Assembly: GCA_963751455.1 (NCBI GenBank)
Contig: CAVVUN010000004.1
Coordinates: 20,946 to 84,945, forward strand
Direction of reading: 5' to 3'
DNA length: 64,000 nucleotides
Source of the DNA: Nitrospirota bacterium
GTDB taxonomy: Bacteria > Nitrospirota > UBA9217
Positions 51,501 through 55,262 of the stretch are shown here, in pieces (the stretch's first letter is position 1; each line of letters opens with the position of its first letter). The translations under genes were made by a program, and so were the position numbers. A model generated the notes under the pieces. It searched no databases. It saw nothing but the letters and a program-made list of their open reading frames with translations, and was not told where the DNA came from.

Positions 51501-51671
51501 CATCAAGTGAGCGACAATATATCATCGCGCAAAGAAGCAGAAAGTAATCTGAAATTGATCATTAAAGCAACTGATGAGATCAAAAAACTGTCGATGGATG
51601 TAAAGTCAATTCGACTGAAGCTCGGCGAACTGATCAAGATATGGGAGAAGAAGTGGTATCTGATGAAATAA
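30555..51671 (+). CDS. Giant 7038-aa secreted multidomain protein: HExxH domain, QW/prenyltransferase-repeat toroid, CARDB, FlgD-like Ig, two TolB-like propellers, Fn3, discoidin-like, ~20 Ig-like repeats, helical C-terminus
   Basis: Uninterrupted ORF, RBS GGAGGAG, signal peptide; NHELLHRWG; QNPDGGWG repeats; PDL..DP.N..E..NN CARDB pattern; SPNGDG motifs; WSPD repeats; DLAGYNVYR Fn3. Confidence 0.92.
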   Translation: MNRQSATSYKILVFFLISLLSLAVAHDSSAQDFTALSLGDYGNVTVMEVTGNYDAINPDGTQNTAAREAIAKELYRLHKDEYDFLVLFSNFPYQLPATDIEGFYIPVKNDTQGIGVEPFDNTSFFGSNGTLQGIVEMGNIGSYVTDPLDPKFEETLYVLNHELLHRWGAYVKFKDSAGNLSTALLGRENSHWSYLLNSYGSVMLGNQWQDNGNGTFTSIAAQKYYSPLDLYLMGFIDKSKVPPMLLIDNPFIDPAKLPQVGATIAGTSRYVTIDDIIAAAGPRVPAASTSQKSFKIGFILVTTPGAFTGNEIYGIENIRNGEITRFSVLTDGKSIIEIASTPKEDLPTNPGVLPPTTTPRTLPPNIEDGINWLVSNQQLDGSWTDDANTIERDTSQAVRVLKDFAVAQQNYQSGLAWLAGVVPDNADYLAKKIETLAVSGQDVLALVQQLLAIQNSDGGWGKGKDYWSNPADTALALKALSYGGYSDQQIISKAIGYLKSQQNPDGGWGSEDKGGMVQETSNVLSAFNAYRTSYQLEDAISLGTSWLIAKQNPDGGFGNSPSTVYDTANALLTLQELNASADVTYNALSYLFSQQSENGSWNNSTFQTALAVLAVYKSTVDPDLSIKSEDITIIPETIRSLPSNIVINANIWNLGRTAVPQARVVLYEGDPSTGSGRVGEQTLAFPGQSSTAVTFFATARDGNEHRFYIVIDPENEVKEPNKLNNSAVKVLYPEATYDFEILSSDVTVSANTVNMQQDVTLTAKITNKGTMNAYNVQVRYFIDEPGAPFEIGTKTLDIPANGSVTDTFTWRANKAGANLPVSVQADPFDNFGELSETNNKGAATLTVNSATRPNLVISYSDLVITPSPANEGGNATISALIKNEGLSTANNILVNFYKGVPGADGVVLGNSTIPSLAQGQSTTVSFNWTNIQEVGEKVVYVRVDPDSRIAEIREDDNDAFTILNILSLPDLVVSDNSITITPAFPKDGDSASITVTIQNSGMQAAQNVIVNLVEGNTTIGSTTVPLISGASQADATFAFETAGKTGTHQLTIEVDPGNNIVEKSKDNNAAAKTIIVQDADFWLSEQYISPNGDGVKDNTQLSFRFNAPQTVRVVVIDSAGETVRTFNGSGLTNVQEGNIIWDGLDDNGMVVADGQYQLKVLDASNTTVNSALVTVDNNQSPLTDALGTEYLTTKNVSCNLRNLWEGFWHWMPDDSGLVFSVDYDPYSSPKYYEGIYIMSPDGLDIQRLVPWDWQWKASDTNKRYNSYIPHVSPDGTRIAFTADHISSSTNELWIVDVDGKNQTLVDQNVYDDYIWTVGPVYVKWSPDSKYLIYFKANNSIYDLWIVNAQTMERRKIEASVATWFVEWSPDSKRIAYGRFTGSYNSFEAKIADAAALTITNTAITTQEMFWLNTDKLILTTPQNTLWLVDATVGGNTIMLPYSINAGDSFMKSVFIAPDRQHFAFQNDHSDETNYLYVSDSEGNVSIVHEFDYPYQRLEYSSYSLSYIGWSLNSKNLFFLETTYDSKLGYPQTLHYVDMTAKTEKTFGFKSITDDWVRYYNPVTFEALPGDQLLIAVNGDSYYVLDAKTGQSSLLVSYPTDILYKKLVSPLGHYIAYHQWDDTSYGCVNNYSALHIISSLLNLTADLRAAKGTSSVILKGIAADLNFDSYQLEYTDAGNPGAWNLIAPPSNFPVLNDVFTTWVPPYKGSFYVRLTVRDKAGNTAISRKKVSWGLSSSITNLSKSLEIFSPNGDGVKDTVELHYKVLEPVHLEFDVYDENKRLLKTLYKDHASPAEDYISWDGTDQSGISVPDGSYTISVFDYVFFVVVDNTPPDVTIALGKISATEYHKEPYKLFVNLNSHAYDDNFRNWTIEYGEGDNPQTWHTLLSNDSPLGKRDEQGNLIKPIEDTTVKSYWGTDIGWLKRKKLRISGEDSAGNKHTAITEFVEEKFVFYAWDNGVLQPDIDIPANSVRPGPHTIGSFETIRSSIAGITVQYLADDGHWHDSQAAVNSEAGSLKLQWDTSTLQQDLYVVRLKAVDISGRVYYSSEIGTSSMFAIKSPLCSRQLAANNFVREKLSVLKLQVKSNEDANYPVWTDFKIFDAAKGDVIPEGRLTFLPPIVFVGIKYDVRMVGTGESGKAYISDPTGYPPRCPIKITLDVSPKIADCGSLSNSSVLRSIIEYDGTLSNVALKTLSYYLETGQGLQLLYKIDNAISLNNSATIDTSSLTEGSYTVKAVLNYTDLDDNTPYDVSSEPAALIIDKTLPTAHLTYPSNSVRICPVKISFEDGEKYVIPLEGIADDTDRISQYDVYYNTGEDTVEWSHTGVWGPSSKTGTLGEWDITNVVESDFSLKLKVVDKAGNSTCATAAFSTDTAIEITSLSINRELFSPNDDSVADEAWADYQVDEYAAIDAKAFKLVKAAGGNYTLDAAPVRTIVSGAQHVGGIGTVSWDGKDDAGSIVPDGHYGVAVTAIDTCGNAAQKWETVEVDNTPPTTEIGYPQPGAPVGNVIEVKGTAFDVHFQNFTLEAGADDNPDTWSSISSNGKPVTNNILGTWNTFGLSGKWTLRLSATDNVGNKNESRVVVDLGARKNLIKSLSASPSLFSPNGDGKLDTVTIQYELTDTSDVTIEIITPDNLVRKVHTISTVAAGVSTWTWNGTDEAGVVLPDNAYEMRLTAALSSMSEFNQTESITVSIDTTPPTVDMQQPVANSFVRNDITVTGSISDLNIAEYSVSYAGPSGAVQVDEGSQERVNHAFAIINDLPDGTYTLNLKAKDIGENAAEKNITFTVDRTAPVLTLNTPKDGGYYGGENAVITISGAIDEKNLDTYSLRYGTGEDPSEWTELTGGTVTPPDQQLFTWDVGPNSGLSDELYTVSLLVVDKAGSASDARAKLTIDNTMPIVSITSPEQGALFTAATEIAGTAYDQNLEKYTVEMSKGQCFDAYQWSAIKTGSSSVQNSVLVLWQALPLDGVYCLRTTVFDKAGNSAEAKVDVNVDINPPPAPILSGAIENRTNVRLSWASEADSGLSYNVYRDGVRINQSAITQASYIDLNLAEGLYVYTVKAVDFAGLESGLSNQIPVKIDLTGPDARIQVPQDGSRVSGIVDIKGTAYSADDFRLYRVSVSSGSTPVSWMLLRTSPLPITYGVLAQWDTLSVSEGLYSFKLEAEDTAGNMTSKQITVSVDNTPPARPSLLSAVPSGSNVTITWQSNTEQDLAGYLLYRNDQLVNATGIAIGDLKPYLISGVTYLDRSVSDGVSGYYLVAMDQAGNTSDPSNIIQVNIDSRSPVATITNPVNLSAFDGKTLIQADSPDSDIASVQFQYKRSTASVWVNLGSAAVARPYAVHLDPSRNGLTYGDYNVRAVAKDIAGKTDAAPSYITVTYKDITSPAVPNGVTVQTIGNSNTVTWNACTETDLAGYNVYRTSGGTRIKINTTIVQQAVYQDSSLADGEYSYEVTAIDAIANESNPSNAVSTKIYAPILQQPETYTEKGNLQILGGNAAPNAIVEIFVNNGDGPFLKGSTDSDGEGNFTFVAALQPGDNTITARASDAGNISRDSDAVYILYNAPPAAPTGLTATNQNFDVMLSWDPNSEQDIVGYNVYRKSEKIIFPDAKATGTASASSTSEPYVSFSPSMALDDDLWSMWLSKASFYTFSPVSWEVDFGEHEFINHIEITWYIAMYSGRDYEIQFWNNSEWITQIKVIANNSEINYYDIEPTFATSKVRIYITDTNYPYSTKYVAIRDIQIKKQDFVKQTLFKDLNLPDGQYQYTVTAVDRYGLESAHSNQVNIGVGDVTPPSAPTNLSAMASDSDIILTWSASPQSDVVGYNIFRGTTSGGPYTKINTTLIDTNNYLDTSKTTSIYRYYVASAVDAVGNESAFSSEAFVTIVDNEAPEKPVIYEPAISGMPVTLQSSTTTISGFTEAAASVELFRDDVSQGKVLSSEKPSIQQVTIPLDAYSAALSPDENIVAYVRQGALWLKQLDLGIESQVLAMGYQPKWSPDGRNLAFSYFDNSGIWHLGIYNIQTTSSKPLTGDSAREYAPVWSPDGTKIAFQSNRNGNNDIWIKDLVTDTITPVILSETYKYGQEFSPEGNLLAYFDQGNLYVIDLKSGGTILIDDNASGSVAWSPDGKAVSFVSYRDGFGDVYTFQLETGSRVKVVSIETYDLDVYPIIWAHGGQHIVYDLYDYMKGNDSVWIAPAFAQGQSRLIKDDVYLIGKTNKGGIIYSSYDNDMENMYLEGHFSFTNMPLKAGENVFYVKATDAAGNVSVPSDAISVIYNAGLLPDVTTTLDDLHLYPPYPVENEETAINISLWNKGQVEVKDVDVLVYMWNARGELELLKSERVVSITPESAELISAVWDSKGKTGENRLVVVLDPEDKLAESSESNNMAIKDFIVTSNRGVAITTALDSTQYGSEQDVGIKITVWNNGINKDVILDAQIEDENGKPVVVFDSKAISLAYGTNTTNDIIWNTGSTYVGTYSVRTLVKEASGTVLDENILSFTIIPDTDIDLTIVTDKLSYGPGESLSINCKVINSGINYIIPAFQAKVRINDSAGTLFFTETKNLANILPGATVSLSAAWNTGLSQPGDYAVNVELSHDGQTIATKSASFKVNAVMTLTGSVTVAPSPVPLGGIVQTNYTIANSGNIDAVDITAKIIVADPKTGVGITTHEEEITIARDSSWAGQYAFTTEGYSLQTYAVMLQIVQQGSVKNLSSASFNVKDLITPVIAVQSPVEGTIYNSTIPVVALLSDNASGVDKAEYRIADGTWKLLPLSDPSTGRYAIAWEPTITDNGHKTVSFRATDKSGNTSSVVAVGFEIQMDIEPPVTTISIGAPKYEIDGKFAVNGSTAFTLSAIDNFSGVAKTEYRIGGGSWTAYAPFTVAGEGEYTIHYYSMDNLNNTEAFRTISVMVDNAAPMTTITTGDPKYTAPDGKLYIASGAMFRLAATDNISGVAATEYRIDGGNWTTYTPFTIPTEGTHKIDYYSKDNVANTESYKTLAAVVDNTPPVTTITTGDPKYNAADGTIYVSSGASLTLTATDNLSEVAKSEYRIDNNPWTPYAPFTVAGEGMHTIDFYSLDNVTNRETFKTINVIVDNTPPVTAITSGGIKYTAADGTVYASSVGTSTLTAMDELSGVAKTEYRLCDGAWIAYAPFNLGAEGGYSIGYRSVDNVQNPEMIKTFTVTIDKTPPVSEIMVEDPTYTASDGKLYVTSESAFTLVAIDNLSGVAKTEYRIDNGQWQAYAPFTVSGDGAHTIFYRSADNVGNTETEKNVSVIVDNTPPVTNLTVGDPKFTASNGKLYSAGVSMFTLTATDNLSGLANIEYRIDGGAWFVYSAAFSISEEGDHTVDYRSRDNATNLEEFRRLSVAIDRTPPVTEPSIGTHTFTSQEGELYIAGISTIMFMATDNLSGVRKTEYRIDNGQPTTYAAFTLAGEGSHTIGFWSSDNVTNTETEKNIRVIVDNAPPVTMITTGEPRYTGAEGIFYVTGGTTFTLSATDNLSGVVATEYRIDSGNWTVYTPFRIATEGVHTISYRSTDNVANTETENRLIVIVDDTSPVTSIAVGEPKYTAAGKLYVTNSSAFTLTAADDLSGVAITEYRVDSGSWVPYSVPFTVFKQGDQTIEYRSRDKVTNLESTKTLVVTVDNSPPVTEITIGEPKYTAADDKLYVTSASSFNLAGTDTISDVAKIEYRIDTGQWQTYAPFTLSGEGAHSIYYRSTDNVANTEIEKSLMVVVDNTAPVSVSASADPKYTDAAGTVYASGATIFTLSATDNLSGVLKIESRIDDTAMKMYAPFNIDVEGKHEIGHRSIDNVLNNEDIKIFSVTIDKTPPVTSISLSGPKYETDGMVYVTGTSAFTIAVNDTLSGVAKTEYRIGSGLWTDYTTAFTIASEGDRTVEYRSQDNVTNIEDVKVLVVRVDNTAPVTEIIIGDPKYTAADGKMYITGASTFTLTAADNLSGVRATEYRIDGGNWTAYTPFTLAGEGSHIIDYYSKDNVGHTETYKTLTVVVDNTAPVTTITAGDPKYTAVDGKHYVASATNFTLSATDNLSGVVVTEYRIDGGNWTAYAPFTVAAEGTHTIDYYSKDNLINTETFKRLSVIVDNTPPVTTITTGDPKYTASEGKLYVTSGTTLTLSATDDLSGVVVTDYRINGGNWTVYAPFTLAGEGTHTIDYYSKDNLANTETFRTLSVIVDNTPPVTVITTGEPKYTALDGKIYVTSGTTITLSATDSLSGVAVTEYRIDSGTWTAYAPFAILAEGTHTIDYYSRDNVNHIEALKTLSVIVDNTPPVTTITTGDPKYTAPDVKIYVASGTTFTLSATDNLSGVAETEYRIDGGVWTAYAPLTIPAERQHTIDYFSKDNVNNTEAIKSLIVIVDNTPPVTTITTGDPTYNAADGRLYVASATAFTLSATDNLSGVAATEYRLDGGAWTAYAPFTIFAEGTHTIEYFSKDNVANTEISKTLTVIVDNTSPISTITTGSPQYRDYEKLYVSGSTGIKIEASDAVSGVKRTEYAIDNSEWNAHTALFSLTSYADGAHTIHYRSIDNVGNPEEAKESVVILDKTPPQTSISASDQLVGGVVNTVSPSTFFTLTAGDNLSGVRAIAYRIDEGEWQGYTGSFNLNGLASGTHTIDYKSIDNVLNEETAKSLTVRLIVIDSVRKEVSVEPVVLVGVWSDKSDLEQKQADIKQLDELLASLRMDYMTADNMDDFTSALRFGRYNTYILIDVKEPVVSEEIREAVYRGDGLIFLKTRQDADPFLDDAFGVKLTGRTTRPDLAADLESSPIGNGGELQLSGKAIVAALSAETAETYGTVTDKQQVVPVIISNQYGKGRSILYTFDLMNSPDKAQAAALIVNSINHVRPLEHAVKALDSVPIRIAIHNTAEPVTVKLVEAIPQSTTADTVVPEGILGDGSITWQRTIASNENMRFGYYLNIPDKASEYELVTELFYDNNGAFVLYGTYPLAVTVSNNSEQLLTGIITDLTNITMAGISDAEWINEAIDALHQVSDNISSRKEAESNLKLIIKATDEIKKLSMDVKSIRLKLGELIKIWEKKWYLMK
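44982..50455 (+). repeat. ~20 intragenic tandem repeats of ~273 bp (~91-aa Ig-like/OmpL47-type units)
   Basis: Recurrent DNTPPVTTITTGDPKY...ATDNLSGV..TEYRIDGG.W..YAPF...EG.HTI.Y.S.DN. Confidence 0.9.
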
Positions 51672-51694
51672 AAGGGGACATTTTATAATAACAT

Positions 51695-51721
51695 CGGCCC
51701 TTCTCTTCGGGGGAAGGGCCG
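51695..51721. terminator. Hairpin between convergent genes, likely terminator
   Basis: cggcccttctc-ttcg-ggggaagggccg. Confidence 0.65.
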
Positions 51722-51785
51722 GGTATCTTTATAGAAGCAGGTTGATTCGCACAGCGGCGGGAAGAGGCTGAATGCGGATACAGTC

Positions 51786-52295
51786 CTATTTCCCCCCCTT
51801 CCTGCTTTTGCCGCCGGTCTGGTATTTCTTCAATATCTTCTCGATAATCCCGGTTGTGGAAGCCCCTTCAATATACCCGAGGCTGATTACCTTTCCTCCG
51901 CGCCCCTCAACCACGTCCCGGCCGATGATCTTGTCGATTGGCCAGTCCCCCCCTTTTACGAGCACATCGGGCTGCAGCTCAGAAATGATCCTGTGCGGGT
52001 CCGGCTCATCGAAGATGGTGACAAAGTCTACGCTTGCCAATGCCGCCAGGGTTTCAGCGCGATCGGCTTCGTTGTTGATAGGCCGCTTTTCCCCCTTGAT
52101 GACCCGGACGGAGGCATCGCTGTTTACCGCAACGATCAGGATATCGCCGAAGGATTTCGCCTGGGCGAGGTAGCGGGTATGTCCTGTGTGGATCAGGTCG
52201 AAACAGCCGTTCGTAAAAACGATTTTACTGCCGGTTGCCCGAAGAATGGCGAGGACGGGAATGAGATCCTGAGAATTTTTTATCTTGTTCTGCAT
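51786..52295 (-). CDS. rfaE2: D-glycero-beta-D-manno-heptose 1-phosphate adenylyltransferase
   Basis: VFTNGCFDLIHTGH, VNSDASV, PDVLVKGGDW, STTGII; start placed at MQNKI (52295). Confidence 0.93.
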   Translation of the reverse strand: MQNKIKNSQDLIPVLAILRATGSKIVFTNGCFDLIHTGHTRYLAQAKSFGDILIVAVNSDASVRVIKGEKRPINNEADRAETLAALASVDFVTIFDEPDPHRIISELQPDVLVKGGDWPIDKIIGRDVVEGRGGKVISLGYIEGASTTGIIEKILKKYQTGGKSRKGGK

Positions 52296-52300
52296 GGGAA

Positions 52301-52329
52301 AATATAATATAAACCCGTGAAGAATGCAA
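52301..52329 (-). promoter_or_regulatory. Putative sigma70 promoter abutting the rfaE2 start (possibly leaderless)
   Basis: Minus strand TTGCAT-17nt-TATATT-5nt-ATG; no SD. Confidence 0.5.
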
Positions 52330-52360
52330 GCGGCATCAGGCACCCTTCTTCCGTGGACGA

Positions 52361-52675
52361 TTATTTCAATAAAATAAGAACGACCGATCCCACAGAGAGC
52401 AGGCAGGCAAGCAATGCGATGTATAATACGTATCTGATTGAGCGGTTAATCTGCTCCAGCGCGGGCTTCACGATCTCCATTTCGGCGACAAACTGCTCGT
52501 TCAAGTCCTCTTGCAGTTCCAGGTTTTTCTCGAGGCGCTCCAGGCGGGCCGGGATATCCCCCTTCGGGATGTCTTCCTTTTTCATCCATTTTTTAACGGA
52601 TTGGCTCGCTTCGATAAGGAGCGGGGTAAGTCTCACGATAAGGTGGGCAAGTGCTTTTGCCGACAGTACAGCCAT
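52361..52675 (-). CDS. Small hypothetical coiled-coil protein with C-terminal TM helix
   Basis: RBS GAGGAG before MAVLSAK; RLERLEKNLELQEDLN; hydrophobic C-terminus. Confidence 0.7.
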   Translation of the reverse strand: MAVLSAKALAHLIVRLTPLLIEASQSVKKWMKKEDIPKGDIPARLERLEKNLELQEDLNEQFVAEMEIVKPALEQINRSIRYVLYIALLACLLSVGSVVLILLK

Positions 52676-52748
52676 TGTGCGCTCCTCTTGAATCCCGCGA
52701 CTTGCAATCCCCAGCTTCCTGTGTCGGGGAAATGCGCCGTAGTCCGCG

Positions 52749-52848
52749 CCCTGAATTAGCGCTATCGCACTGCTTAGACTCATCATAGTGCCATCTCGCT
52801 GAGAAACGCGAAACGGGAATCGAGGACCTCATAAGCTCTGGGTGCAGG
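52749..52848. repeat. Type A element carrying a type B hairpin
   Basis: Aligns end to end with 6597-6696. Confidence 0.8.
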
Positions 52849-53006
52849 CGGAGGTCGCGTTTTTATGGGCAACCTCCGGTTCCCCGCCGAAAGGTGCTCC
52901 ACTAAATTATGTCACCAGGGCTTATTAGCCTGTATGCCTGCATTCTTTTGTGCTAAAATAAATCATTCTTTTGATCAGATAGCTATCAATTGTTGAGAGA
53001 ATATCA

Positions 53007-54182
53007 TTGGCCGAACCACGTGCAAATCGTAAGATCAGGTACTCCGCCGCGACCATGTGCACCATTCTCGTTGTGCAATTTACGTGTGCGGCTGGCGCGT
53101 ATGCTGAACAGGGAGATTCTCTCAGCACAAACCCGTCCTTGACGGATACAGCAGAGTTCGAGACGAAGACAGGCGGAAATGAGACATCAGCAGGCGATGA
53201 AGCGGAGAATGCTGAAGCCGGGCAGCAGTTGAAGCCTGGCGAAGAAACAGCAGCACCACGGCCAGTTGAAGAGAATCCCTGCGCATACTATGAAGTCAGC
53301 GGCAAAAGCTGGCTCGATCAAACGCATCGTTTTGTGGAGAAAAGCTTCTGCGAGCCTGCTGTCTGGTTTGACGGTTTTTTCGGAGAAGACCGCATCCTGG
53401 AGGATGTTCGACCCGGATCGTTCGTCAAATGGAGGAACACTGCGCGCTGGACGGAAGGCAACGATATGGATTATCTGGCAGACTTTACTGTTCGGTGGCG
53501 TCTGCCCCGGCTGGAAAATTGGCTCCAAAAGGCGAAGCTGTTCCTGGTTTCAGGGTCCGATGCGGAGAAATTCAATGCGCAACCCGGTCAGGCAATCGGT
53601 CCGGGAGTAGACCCCGCTTCGGGAACAAGAACGCCCGTAATCGGCGTCCAGGTCGATTATGCTACTCTGCTCCGTTCGTTGATCAGTATCGATGCGGGTG
53701 TAAAAATACGGATACCGCCGGACCCGTACATCAGGACGCGGTACCAGTATTCCAGGCCTTTTCTGGAAGTATACCTTGTCCGTTTCATTGAAACGGCACT
53801 TCTCAGCTATGTTCAGCATTTCAGGGAAACATCACAGCTCGACCTGGAACGGAAAATTACAACGTTTACCCTGCTTCGGTGGAGCAACTACGCGAGCTAT
53901 ATCGAAGGAACGGCGGGCCTGAACTGGAACAGCGGTATCAGCCTCATTACCCAGTTGTCGCCGAAGAGCGCAATATCCTATGACGCAAGCACGTGGGGAG
54001 TGAGTCATCCGTATTGGACCATAGACAATTATCGGATAGGATCGCGCTATCGGCGGAATATCTCTCGCCCCTGGCTCTTTCTTGAGCTTGAGCCTGAAGT
54101 CACCTGGCCCAAAGACGTTACCGGGGAAAGAAAGTCTCTCTACGCTTTTTCAATTACACTCGAAGTTCTGTTCGGAAAATAG
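53007..54182 (+). CDS. Putative outer-membrane beta-barrel protein (start uncertain)
   Basis: Signal-like N-terminus, WFDGFFG, amphipathic aromatic strands, RPWLFLELEPEVTWP, terminal ITLEVLFGK. Confidence 0.7.
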   Translation: MAEPRANRKIRYSAATMCTILVVQFTCAAGAYAEQGDSLSTNPSLTDTAEFETKTGGNETSAGDEAENAEAGQQLKPGEETAAPRPVEENPCAYYEVSGKSWLDQTHRFVEKSFCEPAVWFDGFFGEDRILEDVRPGSFVKWRNTARWTEGNDMDYLADFTVRWRLPRLENWLQKAKLFLVSGSDAEKFNAQPGQAIGPGVDPASGTRTPVIGVQVDYATLLRSLISIDAGVKIRIPPDPYIRTRYQYSRPFLEVYLVRFIETALLSYVQHFRETSQLDLERKITTFTLLRWSNYASYIEGTAGLNWNSGISLITQLSPKSAISYDASTWGVSHPYWTIDNYRIGSRYRRNISRPWLFLELEPEVTWPKDVTGERKSLYAFSITLEVLFGK

Positions 54183-54418
54183 TCTCTTCCGCAACACAGC
54201 CCTTCTGATTTGAAGCTCTCCTGCAATTGACATCTCGCTGCTTCGGCAATAAAATTAAATAAGGATGATAATATGCGAAGTGTGTGTGTCGTATCCACCC
54301 TGCTGCAACTATTGTTTTAAAGGTATCGACTAAACGGCCATTGTTGGGTCGATATGAATTGTCGATATTAATTATGGAGTAAAGTCTCACACCATACATC
54401 CTTGAAAGGAGAATACAC

Positions 54419-55111
54419 ATGAAACTATCAGCAAAATCAGCAGCTGTTCACAGTCTGATGCTTATCGTGTCCATGGCTTTGTTGACAAGCTGTGCATCGA
54501 GGACCGGCGGCATTCAGAGGGCCGAGAAAACGACTACGAGCATGCAGAACCTGGAAAAAACAATTAATGAAACCACAGCTCAAATAGACGCAACAAATGT
54601 GTCGCTGAATGAAGTTGTGAAAGCAAAAGAATCACCCTATCTGAAGACCGCATTCCAGACATATTCGGACAACGTCTCCAAGATGGAGGATACGGGCAAG
54701 AAGTTTATCAAACACAGCGACCAGATGGCGGCCCGCGGAAACGACTACTTCGAGGAATGGCAGAAATCAGGCAGCACCTACACAAATCCCCAGATCCAGA
54801 GATTGAGCCAGGAGAGACGGAACGAACTGAGAGACACCTTCACCGAGGTATCGGAATCGAGCATGGGCGCGAAAGGGCAGTTGAATCAATATCTGGCTGA
54901 AATCAAGCAAATCCGCACGTACCTTTCGAACGACCTGCGGCCGGAAGGTATAGATGCCATAGCACCCATCACGGAGAAAGCCATAAACGACGGCAACAGC
55001 GTGAAGTCTTCGCTGCAGCCGGTGCTTGCCGGAACAGAACGCGCTTTATCTGAAATGAGCCAGGGAGGAGCTGCAGCAGGAGGTGTTCCAAGCACGGATC
55101 AGAAGTATTAA
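54419..55111 (+). CDS. DUF2959-like helical lipoprotein
   Basis: RBS AAGGAG, lipobox LTSC, YFEEWQ and YLSNDLRPEGI pattern. Confidence 0.75.
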   Translation: MKLSAKSAAVHSLMLIVSMALLTSCASRTGGIQRAEKTTTSMQNLEKTINETTAQIDATNVSLNEVVKAKESPYLKTAFQTYSDNVSKMEDTGKKFIKHSDQMAARGNDYFEEWQKSGSTYTNPQIQRLSQERRNELRDTFTEVSESSMGAKGQLNQYLAEIKQIRTYLSNDLRPEGIDAIAPITEKAINDGNSVKSSLQPVLAGTERALSEMSQGGAAAGGVPSTDQKY

Positions 55112-55159
55112 ATGACTTTACCGGCTTTTGCGTTTGACCGTATGAGTCCGGAAAATAAT

Positions 55160-55189
55160 GCGGCCGGAAGCATGCTTGCTTTCGGCCGT
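55160..55189. terminator. Hairpin between convergent genes
   Basis: cggccggaagca-tgct-tgctttcggccg. Confidence 0.55.
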
Positions 55190-55262
55190 AAATTTCAAGG
55201 TTATCGCTATTTCACTGCTAAGGGAGCCATTTCCCCTGACCAGTTCCGGCATCGTCGACTGG

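Noticed and set aside
8945-51671. Diversity-generating retroelement, prophage or ICE as the explanation for the island
   Set aside because: No reverse transcriptase, adenine-specific repeat pair, integrase, tRNA attachment site or phage genes seen.
51671-51693. IS-end remnant AAAGGGGACATTTT after the giant gene
   Set aside because: Single short motif with no partner end or transposase nearby.
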